From assembly GCA_020137815.1 (NCBI GenBank), contig CM035359.1:3224001-3288000 (forward strand): a stretch of 64,000 nt of DNA, read 5' to 3'. The notes beneath the pieces are model-generated. The model was not told where the DNA came from. It did not search any database and saw only the letters and a list, made by a program, of their open reading frames with translations. Both the position numbers and the translations under genes were made by a program. Position 1 is the first letter of the stretch, and each line of letters begins with the position of its first letter. Below are positions 49,501 to 60,422 of this stretch, piece after piece. This DNA comes from Hormiphora californensis. Its lineage: Eukaryota; Animalia; Ctenophora.

Positions 49501-52500
49501 TCTTTTTTACCCTCCCCTCCCTCTCTTTTTCTTTTTTTCCCACGGGGGGGTTTTCCTTTTTTCTCCCCTTTTCCTTTTTCCTTTCGAAAAATTTTTTTAA
49601 AATTTCCCCTTTCCCCTTTTTCCTAGTTTTTTCTTTGCGAGAGGATCTTACGCCCTTTTCTGCTCCCTTCTAAACCCCCTTTTACCCCATCACCCTGGTT
49701 TTTTAGGGTCCCGAAACGTCTTCTTCCCCCGTCCCCTCTTTTTTTCCGGTTCTTTCTTCTCCTTGGTTTTGTTGTTTTATGAAGCCAACCTTTTCCCCCT
49801 CGGGGGGGTTTTAACCCCCCCCTCTTGTTTACTTCGGACCCCCCTCTTTTGTTACCCCATTTTTTTTTTTTAAAAATTCACCTTTTTTACGGGGACAACT
49901 TTAATGGTTTTTATTAAAATACTAGGTTTAAAACCCTTTAAAACAAACCCTTCTAAAAACCCCCCCCCTACTGCAGGTACAACCTACATCGCCCCTCTCC
50001 ATCTAAACCCCCCTACTGCCAGGTACAACCTACATCGCCCTCTCCATCTAAACCCCCCCTACTGCAGGTACAACCTACATCGCCCTCTCCATCTAACCCC
50101 CCCCCCTACTGCAGGTTACAACCTACATCGCCCTCTCCATCTAAACCCCCCCCCTACTGCAGGTACAACCTACATCGCCCTCTCCATCTAAACCCCCCCT
50201 ACTGCAGGTACAACCTACATCGCCCTCTCCATCTAAACCCCCCCTACTGCAGGTACAACCTACATCGCCCTCTCCATCTAAACCCCCTTCTTCACATCAG
50301 GTACAACCTACATCGCCCTCTCCATCTAAACCCCCCCTACTGCAGGTACAACCTACATCGCCCTCTCCATCTAAACCCCCCTACTGCAGGTACAACCTAC
50401 ATCGCCCTCTCCATCTAAACCCCCCCCTACTGCAGGTACAACCTACATCGCCCTCTCCATCTAAACCCCCCCTACTGCAGGTACAACCTACATCGCCCTC
50501 TCCATCTAAACCCCCCCTACTGCAGGTACAACCTACATCGCCCTCTCCATCTAAACCCCCCCCTACTGCAGGTACAACCTACATCGCCCTCTCCATCTAA
50601 ACCCCCCCTACTGCAGGTACAACCTACATCGCCCTCTCCATCTAAACCCCCCCCTACTGCAGGTACAACCTACATCGCCCTCTCCATCTAAACCCCCCCT
50701 ACTGCAGGTACAACCTACATCGCCCTCTCCATCTAAACCCCCCCCTACTGCAGGTACAACCTACATCGCCCTCTCCATCTAAACCCCCCCTACTGCAGGT
50801 ACAACCTACATCGCCCTCTCCATCTAAACCCCCCCCTACTGCAGGTACAACCTACATCGCCCTCTCCATCTAAACCCCCCCTACTGCAGGTACAACCTAC
50901 ATCGCCCTCTCCATCTAAACCCCCCCTACTGCAGGTACAACCTACATCGCCCTCTCCATCTAAACCCCCCCCCCTACTGCAGGTACAACCTACATCGCCC
51001 TCTCCATCTAAACCCCCCCCTACTGCAGGTACAACCTACATCGCCCTCTCCATCTAAACCCCCCCTACTGCAGGTACAACCTACATCGCCCTCTCCATCT
51101 AAACCCCCCCCCCTACTGCAGGTACAACCTACATCGCCCTCTCCATCTAAACCCCCCCTACTGCAGGTACAACCTACATCGCCCTCTCCATCTAAACCCC
51201 CCCCTACTGCAGGTACAACCTACATCGCCCTCTCCATCTAAACCCCCCCTACTGCAGGTACAACCTACATCGCCCTCTCCATCTAAACCCCCCCTACTGC
51301 AGGTACAACCTACATCGCCCTCTCCATCTAAACCCCCCCTACTGCAGGTACAACCTACATCGCCCTCTCCATCTAAACCCCCCCTACTGCAGGTACAACC
51401 TACATCGCCCTCTCCATCTAAACCCCCCCTACTGCAGGTACAACCTACATCGCCCTCTCCATCTAAACCCCCCCTACTGCAGGTACAACCTACATCGCCC
51501 TCTCCATCTAAACCCCCCCTACTGCAGGTACAACCTACATCGCCCTCTCCATCTAAACCCCCCCCTACTGCAGGTACAACCTACATCGCCCTCTCCATCT
51601 AAACCCCCCCTACTGCAGGTACAACCTACATCGCCCTCTCCATCTAAACCCCCCCCTACTGCAGGTACAACCTACATCGCCCTCTCCATCTAAACCCCCC
51701 CTACTGCAGGTACAACCTACATCGCCCTCTCCATCTAAACCCCCCTACTGCAGGTACAACCTACATCGCCCTCTCCATCTAAACCCCCCCTACTGCAGGT
51801 ACAACCTACATCGCCCTCTCCATCTAAACCCCCCCTACTGCAGGTACAACCTACATCGCCCTCTCCATCTAAACCCCCCCCTACTGCAGGTACAACCTAC
51901 ATTGCCCTCTCCATCTAAACCCCCCCTACTGCAGGTACAACCTACATTGCCCTCTCCATCTAAACCCCCCCCTACTGCAGGTACAACCTACATCGCCCTC
52001 TCCATCTAAACCCCCCCTACTGCAGGTACAACATACATCGCCCTCTCCATCTAAACCCCCCCTACTGCAGGTACAACCTACATCGCCCTCTCCATCTAAA
52101 CCCCCCCTACTGCAGGTACAACCTACATCGCCCTCTCCATCTAAACCCCCCCTACTACAGGTACAACCTACATCGCCCTCTCCATCTACATGTGCGCTAT
52201 AGGGTTCTGTGGTGGAAATGTTCTTGTTTACACAATAGGAAAGGTAAATATGACTTGACAGTTTTGTCAGGCCAATATGCTCTGCAGACCACGGTTCTCG
52301 CACGCTCGCATTCTCCGTCAAGCCAATGCTCTGATAGTGACAGTTGATTGCAGCAGAATTGTTTTAAACTTGTGACTTTCCGGTATTCTTAAATCTAAGA
52401 TAGGAATTATTTCTTCCTTTCAAGTGGTTATAATACAGTTCATTCAACGTCATATTTTTGAAGTGATGCCAATACAAATGTTATTTGCTTATCAAAATCA

Positions 52501-55500
52501 AATCATATATTTGCTTATCAACCCCCAACCCCCTATAGACCCTAGCAACCGACATTACTTTTCCAGATCAACCTTGAATGACCTAATTGTTTTTCCAAAC
52601 TCCAACCACCTAACATGTATCAACCCCTCAGCAACCACCTAGTTACCACCTAGTAACCCCCTAGTTATCTCTTAGTAACCCCCTAGTAATCCCCTAGCAA
52701 CCCCCTAGTAACCCCTTAGCAACCCCCTATCCCCAGGCAACGGAATGGAACCCCTCAAAGTCTGGTGCTGCAAATGGAGTCATTGGGTTCTTTATAGGAA
52801 TCAGTGGGTTTATTGGCAGCTTCATTTGCACGGTGTACGTGAACCCAAACAACGTCCAAACGCAACGTGTATTTGATCCAGCTTACCCTGAACTAGGTAA
52901 TTAATGTAGTTAATGCAGTTTTTTAACGTTACATGAAATTAGTTAGATGACTCATTACGCTCCCTCACACTTCTCCGACGACTGAGCATATTTTTCCCAC
53001 AAGATCAACCACGTGATACCGTCGTGATTACCTGACATCCTGCACCGCACTGGCCCTCTCGCTCGCTTCGCTCGGAAGCTCTTTAGAGCGAAGCGATATC
53101 GAGAGTGGAACCCCCGGCACCCAACTAACTAACCCAGGAAACGACCGAACCGGGTTTTTTTCCACCGAACCGAACCGAACCGAATTTGAAAAACTTTTTT
53201 ACCGAACCGAACCGAACCGAACCGAACCGAATTTCGGTAACCGAACCGAACCGAACCATACAAAACTTTTTCTGTATAAATGTTTCTCTAAAAAGTCATG
53301 GAGAGCACCGATCAAGGTATTGAGAATCATTCTCTGAAATTTTGTTAAAAAATGTTTGAAAAAATTTCAAAGTCAATTTTGTGAAAAAAATTTCAAAGTC
53401 AATTTTATCGTAAATTTTCTATGTCAATTTTTGCGTACGAATCGTGTTTCGAATCGGCAATGCTATACGGGAATGGTATTGCTAATTAGCAGGATTAAAC
53501 GAACCATAAATCGTGTCTCTCTAAATTTCCTAATTAGATTTGATGGGGGATCACGTATCAGCACAATCCATCTCGGACCCACTAATTACCAACATCACTC
53601 GCGTTTAGCATTGTCGATTAGAAACACGATTCGTATACCATAATTTACTTAAAATATTTTCCACAAAAAAAATTTCACAAAATTTCAGGTAATGATTCTC
53701 AATAACTTGATCGATGCTCTCCATGAATTTTTAGAGAAACATTTAATTTTGTGAAAAAACTTAGTAAAATATTTCAAAGTAAATTTCGGAAAAAAAATTA
53801 TATGTCAATTTTGCCGTACGAATCGTGTTGCGAATCGGTGATGCTATGCGGCAGTGCTCTCGCTAATTAGCAGGATTTATTGAAACATGAATCGTTTCCC
53901 CTAAACTTCCTAATATAATTAGATTTGATGGGGGATCACGTATCAGCATAATCCATCTCGGACCCACTAATTAGCAACATCACTCCCGCTTAGTAATACC
54001 GATTCGAAAGACGATTCGTACGCAAAAATTGACATAGAAAATTTTCCATAAAATTGACTTTGAAATATTTTCCAAACTTTTTTACAAAATTTCAGAGAAT
54101 GATTCTTAACACCGTGATCGGTGCTCTCCATGAATTTTTTGAAAAAAAAGTTTCTGAATTTGTTGACCCTCTCATGAGGACACGATTCGATGGGAAGTCA
54201 GGTATCAAATCAATCCATATCGAACCCGCTAACTAGCGAAATCATTTCCACATAGCACCACCGATTCGAAATAAGGTTAATACGGCGAAATTGACATTGA
54301 AATCCATACAATTTTCGTGAAATAATTGAAAAATTTTGCATGAAAAAGCCCGATTTCTGGGCATTTTTTGATCAAAAAATTCGGTGGTTCGGCCAAAATT
54401 TCCTACCGAACCGAACCGAACCGAACCGCCCAAAAAACACCGAATTTCCGAACCGAACCGAACCGAACCGAATATTCGGTCGCTTCCTGAACTAACCCCC
54501 TACCCCCTCCCAGGTAATGTGACGATATTCACCGACCCTGCAATCTACGAGAAGGTGCCCTGGCTCTGGGTCATCTTTGCAGTCATGTTCACCGCCCTCT
54601 TCCTACCATCCATTATCATTGTCAGGTAACTTATCAGGCACCAGCTTCCAAATACCACCATGGCATCTCCGTGCACGTGTGGTTTATCGGTTCTTCAAAG
54701 CTCAGATATAGCACCCAATCATTTGCTCCGGAGTAATTGTTTCCAATTAAAATTATTCCTACACTCTAAACTCCTATTAATTACAAATAGCTAATCATTC
54801 CTATTGTTAAACACTCTAAACTCCTATTAATTTCAGGTCGCCCACACCAGATGAGGTGTGTGAGATGACCCCGCTGTGTGATGAGAGTTTTGAGGTCAAC
54901 AAACTCACCTCAGACCACAACTACTCGGTAGGTTGTTACCAGGAAGCGACCGAATATTCGGTTCGGTTCGGTTCGGTTCGGAAATTCGGTGTTTTTTGGG
55001 CGGTTCGGTTCGGTTCGGTTCGGTGGAAAATTTTGGCCGAACCACCGAATTTTTTGTTCAAAAAATGGCCAAAAATCGGGCTTTTTCAGCCATAATTTTT
55101 TCAATTATTTTACAATTTTTATAGATTTCAATGTCAATTTCGCCGTATGAACCGTATCTCGAATCGGTGGTGCTATGTGGAAATGATTTCGCTAGTTAGC
55201 GGGTTCGATATGGATTGATTTGATACGTGACTTCCCGTCGAATCGTGTCCTCATGAGAGGGTCAACAAATTCAAAAACTATTTTTTCAAAAAGTTCATGG
55301 AGAGCACCGATCAAGGTGTTAAGAATCATTCTCTGAAATTTTGTAGAAAAGTTTGGAAAATATTTCAAAGTCAATTTTGTGAAAAAATTTTCAAAGTCAA
55401 TTTTATGGAAAATTTTCTATGTCAATTTTTGCGTACGAATCGTGTTTCGAATCGGTATTGCTAAGCGGGAGTGATGTTGCTACATAATTAGTGGGTCCGA

Positions 55501-57841
55501 GATGGATTATGCTGATACGTGATCCCCCATCAAATCTAATTAGGAAGTTTAGGGGAAACGATTCATGTTTCGATAAATCCTGCTAATTAGCGAGAGCACT
55601 GCTGCATAGCATCACCGATTCGCAACACGATTCGTACGGCAAAATTGACATATAATTTTTTTTACGAAATCGACTTTTGAAATATTTTACAAAGTTTTTT
55701 TCACAAAATTAAATGTTTCTCTAAAAATTCATGGAGAGCATCGATCAAGGTATTGAGAATCATTCCCAGAAATTTTGTGAAAATTTTTTTTGTGAAAAAT
55801 ATTTTAAGTAAATTCTGGTATACGAATCGTGTTTCGAATCGACAATGCTAAACGGGAGTGATGTTGGTAATTAGTGGGTCCGAGATGGATTGTGCTGATA
55901 CGTGATCCCCCATCAAATCTAATTAGGAAATTTAGAGAGACACGATTCATGGTTCGTTTAATCCTGCTAATTAGCAATACCATTCCCGTATAGCATTGCC
56001 GATTCGAAACACGATTCGTACGCAAAAATTGACATAGAAAATTTTCGATAAAATTGACTTTGAAAATTTTTTCACAAAATTGACTTTGAAATTTTTCCAA
56101 ACTTTTTTTAACAAAATTTCAGAGAATGATTCTCAATACCTTGATCGGTGCTCTCCATGACTTTTTAGAGAAACATTTATACAGTAAAAGTTTGGTATGG
56201 TTCGGTTCGGTTCGTTTACCGAAATTCGGTTCGGTTCGGTTCGGTTCGGTTCGGTAAAAAAGTTTTTCAAATTCGGTTCGGTTCGGTTCGGTGGGAAAAA
56301 ACCCGGTTCGGTCGTTTCCTGGTTGTTACCCTTAGTTACCCCTTAGTTACCCCTTAGTTACCCCTAGTTACCCCCTATGTTCCTCCCCAGTTACCCCTAG
56401 TTACCCCATGAAGTTACTAAACTCACCTCTCAGGTAATTGAGATGTTGAAAACTTGTAAGTTCTACGTTCTCTACGTTATTGTAATGACCATGAGTCTAG
56501 CACTCCTAACTGGAACAGAGATCTTCAAGGAACTAGCTAAGGATACCATCGCAGATGACCATGTGAGTATAAATTACACATGGTACGATGTGAGCTGTAG
56601 TTCCTGTTCGCATGGCAGCTAGTTCTTCAAGATTAAAGAAGAGTTCAAGCTTTCTGCCTAGCACCAAACATGAACTGGTTACACCACTTTCTCCCCCCTT
56701 TTCAGTTTTTGAATGTTATTGGTGCGGTGCTAGCCATCTGCAATGCCTTCGGTCGACTGCTATGGGGAGTCGTCATGGACAAAATAGGTAATTAATACGT
56801 ATCAATTACCTCTAAAATAGCTTGTGAATATTAAATCCCAGCTAATTCATGAAATTCAGAATATTGATGCCACTGCTGCACAACATACTGCCAATTTTGT
56901 GGCATCAGTTTTCAAGACAGCTTCTGAACAAGTCCAATAAACTCACACAATACTTTCAGGTGCCCGGTGGGCTCTATTCTCTGCCTTTTTGATAATAACC
57001 CCTGCCATTATATTGCTGTATTGGACACGGTTGATGCCCTGGCCATACTTGATCAATGTTTGTGTTGTGGCATTCGCTTCTGGGATCTTTACAGGTTAGC
57101 TATATAGGGAGAGGAGTTTTCTTTAAAATATAGGTATCCCCCGGTATGCCGGTTAGAAAAGTACCACCGAGTATTCCGGTAAATCGGGGTCCGCCTGTAC
57201 TCAGTACTGGGAGATTTGGTAAAAATGTGTTAGAAAGCTGTTTTGGAGAAGATAATCTCGGTGAAACCCGGAGCAGTGTCTCTTATTACAGTCAGACCCC
57301 GATTTAGGGACACCCTCGGGGGAAAGGCTCTTGTCCACTAAATCGGGGTCAAATAAGGTTAATTTCCTATATCGGGGGAAAAAAATCCTGTCCCTAAATC
57401 GGGGTGCCACTAAATCGGGGGGCCCTAAATCAGGGTCCGACTGTACTAACTAACATAACTAACATAAACAACTCTCTCTCTCTTCCAGGAATAGCCCCTG
57501 CACTAGTTGAGTTGTTTGGCCACAGAGATATCTCTCTAAAATACAGCATCTGTCTGAGTGGGGAACTGTTTGGATGTCTCCTGTTTTATCTTCTATCAAT
57601 TGGCAGTGTCACACTCTATAGTGATCTAGTGAGTTTTGAACTTTTAATAACCCCTCACATCTGCTGAAGATGTGTCCTCGAAATTTTATTTAGTGAATCC
57701 ATTTCAGCTATAGCAGCTGAAGATGTGTTCTCGAAATCTTTGGAGACATCCAAATAATACAGCAAATTCTTTCAGGTATTTTTGATATTGCTGGCTGTAC
57801 CGTGTGGGGTGAGCTGTATCGCGGGCCTCATTTTCATTTGA
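46589..57841 (+). CDS. MFS transporter, oxalate:formate antiporter (OFA)-like family
   Basis: Phase-compatible exons 52161-52243, 52737-52896, 54514-54625, 54837-54927, 56434-56562, 56706-56787, 56960-57094, 57489-57628 and 57776-57841. Motifs EWNPSKSGAANG, YVNPNN, EMLKTCKFY, IADDHFL, NAFGRLLWGVVMDKIG, ELFG. Candidate first exons 46589-46722 and 48602-48615. TM1-3 exons are not resolvable and probably lie in the garbled 49.1-49.95 kb region. Confidence 0.85.
47340..47430. repeat. 91-bp near-perfect palindrome
   Basis: gaactgaacacacagtcgaccttccacaatct...agattgtggaaggtcgactgtgtgttcagttc, centred on gaattc. Confidence 0.85.
48622..48968. repeat. 10-bp minisatellite (ggttactatt/ggttaccatt) directly after a 5' splice site
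   Basis: About 35 copies beginning a few nt after CAG|gtaata. Confidence 0.95.
49960..52188 (+). repeat. 45-bp tandem array (~49 copies) derived from an intron/exon junction of the MFS gene
   Basis: Unit ctaaaccccccctactgcag|gtacaacctacatcgccctctccat. The last unit runs into the coding exon 52161-52243. Confidence 0.95.
53135..54489 (+). mobile_element. Non-autonomous hAT element, 1355 bp, intronic
   Basis: TIR caggaaacgaccgaa / ttcggtcgcttcctg, perfect 8-bp TSD aactaacc, subterminal (ccgaa)n. Confidence 0.92.
54940..56321 (-). mobile_element. Second copy of the same hAT element, inverted, 1382 bp, intronic
   Basis: Same TIRs reversed, perfect 8-bp TSD gttgttac. Confidence 0.92.
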
Positions 57842-58189
57842 TACATCTTAAGTGGAACGAATGCAGAATCACGTGATGACGATCCTTCGAACTGCAATAA
57901 TTTGGACTTTCAGTGTGTGATATGATTGAGTCAGAGACTGTTTTGAGAAACTGACTGAGAGTGATCAGTGTTTACATCATATGTGTTTGGTTTTTTTTTG
58001 TCCGAAGACTCTCGCACGACATGATTTTCAAGCCCGACGTAGCAGGTTTTGCACATAGTCGTTTTATAACATGTTTCTATTTTTTCCAAAAAAATATACC
58101 GTCTTTTAGGTTCGTTTTTAAATATTGGTAACGCGGTCACCCTTAAAACTCCCGCGCGGCAAAACGAAGAGAGGTGACGGCGCCACCAA

Positions 58190-59895
58190 CAAGAAATCAG
58201 CTACTGACAAGAAATCAGCTACTGATAAGAAACCAGCTACTGATAAGAAATCAGCTACTGATAAGAAATCAGATACTGATAAGAAATCAGTTACTGATAA
58301 GAAATCAGCTACTGATAAGAAACCAGTTACTGATAAGAAACCAGCTACTGATAAGAAATCAGTTACTGATAAGAAATCAGCTACTGATAAGAAACCAGCT
58401 ACTGATAAGAAATCAGTTACTGATAAGAAACCAGCTACTGATAAGAAATCAGCTACTGATAAGAAATCAGTTACTGATAAGAAACCAGTTACTGATAAGA
58501 AATCAGCTACTGATAAAAAACCAGCTACTGATAAGAAATCAGCTACTGATAAGAAACCAGCTACTGATAAGAAACCAGCTACTGATAAGAAACCAGCTAC
58601 TGATAAGAAATCAGCTACTGATAAGAAATCAGTTACTGATAAGAAATCAGTTACTGATAAGAAATCAGTTACTGATAAGAAATCAGCTACTGATAAGAAA
58701 CCAGCTACTGATAAGAAATCAGCTACTGATAAGAAATCAGCTACTGATAAGAAATCAGCTACTGATAAGAAATCAGTTACTGATAAGAAACCAGCTACTG
58801 ATAAGAAATCAGTTACTGATAAGAAATCAGCTACTGATAAGAAATCAGCTACTGATAAGAAATCAGCTACTGATAAGAAACCAGTTACTGATAAGAAATC
58901 AGCTACTGATAAGAAACCAGCTACTGATAAGAAATCAGTTACTGATAAGAAACCAGCTACTGATAAGAAATCAGCTACTGATAAGAAATCAGCTACTGAT
59001 AAGAAATCAGTTACTGATAAGAAATCAGCTACTGATAAGAAATCAGCTACTGATAAGAAATCAGCTACTGATAAGAAATCAGCTACTGATAAGAAATCAG
59101 CTACTGATAAGAAATCAGCTACTGATAAGAAATCAGCTACTGATAAGAAATCAGCTACTGATAAGAAATCAGCTACTGATAAGAAACCAGCTACTGATAA
59201 GAAACCAGCTACTGATAAGAAACCAGATACTGATAAGAAATCAGCTACTGATAAGAAATCAGTTACTGATAAGAAATCAGTTACTGATAAGAAATCAGTT
59301 ACTGATAAGAAATCAGTTACTGATAAGAAATCAGCTACTGATAAGAAACCAGCTACTGATAAGAAATCAGCTACTGATAAGAAATCAGCTACTGATAAGA
59401 AATCAGCTACTGATAAGAAATCAGTTACTGATAAGAAACCAGCTACTGATAAGAAATCAGTTACTGATAAGAAATCAGCTACTGATAAGAAATCAGCTAC
59501 TGATAAGAAATCAGCTACTGATAAGAAACCAGTTACTGATAAGAAATCAGCTACTGATAAGAAATCAGCTACTGATAAGAAATCAGCTACTGATAAGAAA
59601 CCAGTTACTGATAAGAAATCAGCTACTGATAAGAAATCAGCTACTGATAAGAAATCAGCTACTGATAAGAAATCAGCTACTGATAAGAAATCAGCTACTG
59701 ATAAGAAATCAGCTACTGATAAGAAATCAGTTACTGATAAGAAATCAGCTACTGATAAGAAATCAGCTACTGATAAGAAATCAGCTACTGATAAGAAATC
59801 AGCTACTGATAAGAAACCAGTTACTGATAAGAAATCAGCTACTGATAAGAAACCAGCTACTGATAAGAAACCAGCTACTTATAAGAAACCAGCCT
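58190..59895 (+). repeat. 18-bp minisatellite (tgataagaaa(t/c)cag(c/t)tac), ~95 copies
   Basis: Exact 18-bp period without indels. Two stop-free + frames (TDKKSA and IRNQLL). Confidence 0.97.
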
Positions 59896-60422
59896 ATCAG
59901 CTTCTTGTCTTCTTCCTGGCTGACTAAGTAATATGGAATAGAATAAAACCCATTTGACTATTTTTAGACAAAGGGGCGGAGATCGACGACTAATTCAGGA
60001 CGATTTCGATGGCCTGAATTAGGGCACCATCGAAAATGGTTTTTCTGATATAAGTCAGTTAAATTTGATTGATTTCTTACTTAACTGCTGTTGCAAATTG
60101 ATTTGAGCATACTTGGGATGATACTGTCCCCTCAGATCTACTAGTTATTTTAATAATTCATGACCTATGCGCTACTTTATCATGTTTTAACGCCGTAACG
60201 GGGCGGCGGAGTGTATAGATAGAGAGTGAGAAAGAGAGAAAAGGGGGGTCGAACTTTTCGTATACGATATAGTCCAATGATAAATGCACGTTATTTTAAT
60301 AATTCATTTGAATGAATGTTGCATTATAATACGGTACGTATCATGTGAAAACAACACGTGATACTGGCCCTCTTTTCACAAACAGCAGTTACAATTATGT
60401 AGTAACAAAGTATTTTCAATTC

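Noticed and set aside
49300-49960. Third garbled block
   Set aside because: Low-quality sequence. It probably hides the MFS TM1-3 exons, so their absence is not evidence of pseudogenisation.
49960-52188. Possible CRISPR array
   Set aside because: The repeats are contiguous with no unique spacers, the context is eukaryotic, and there are no cas genes.
58125-59927. 600-aa histone-H1-like TDKKSA protein as an annotated CDS
   Set aside because: Non-ATG start, no unique domain and no supported splice sites. Open frames are expected from a stop-free 18-bp unit.
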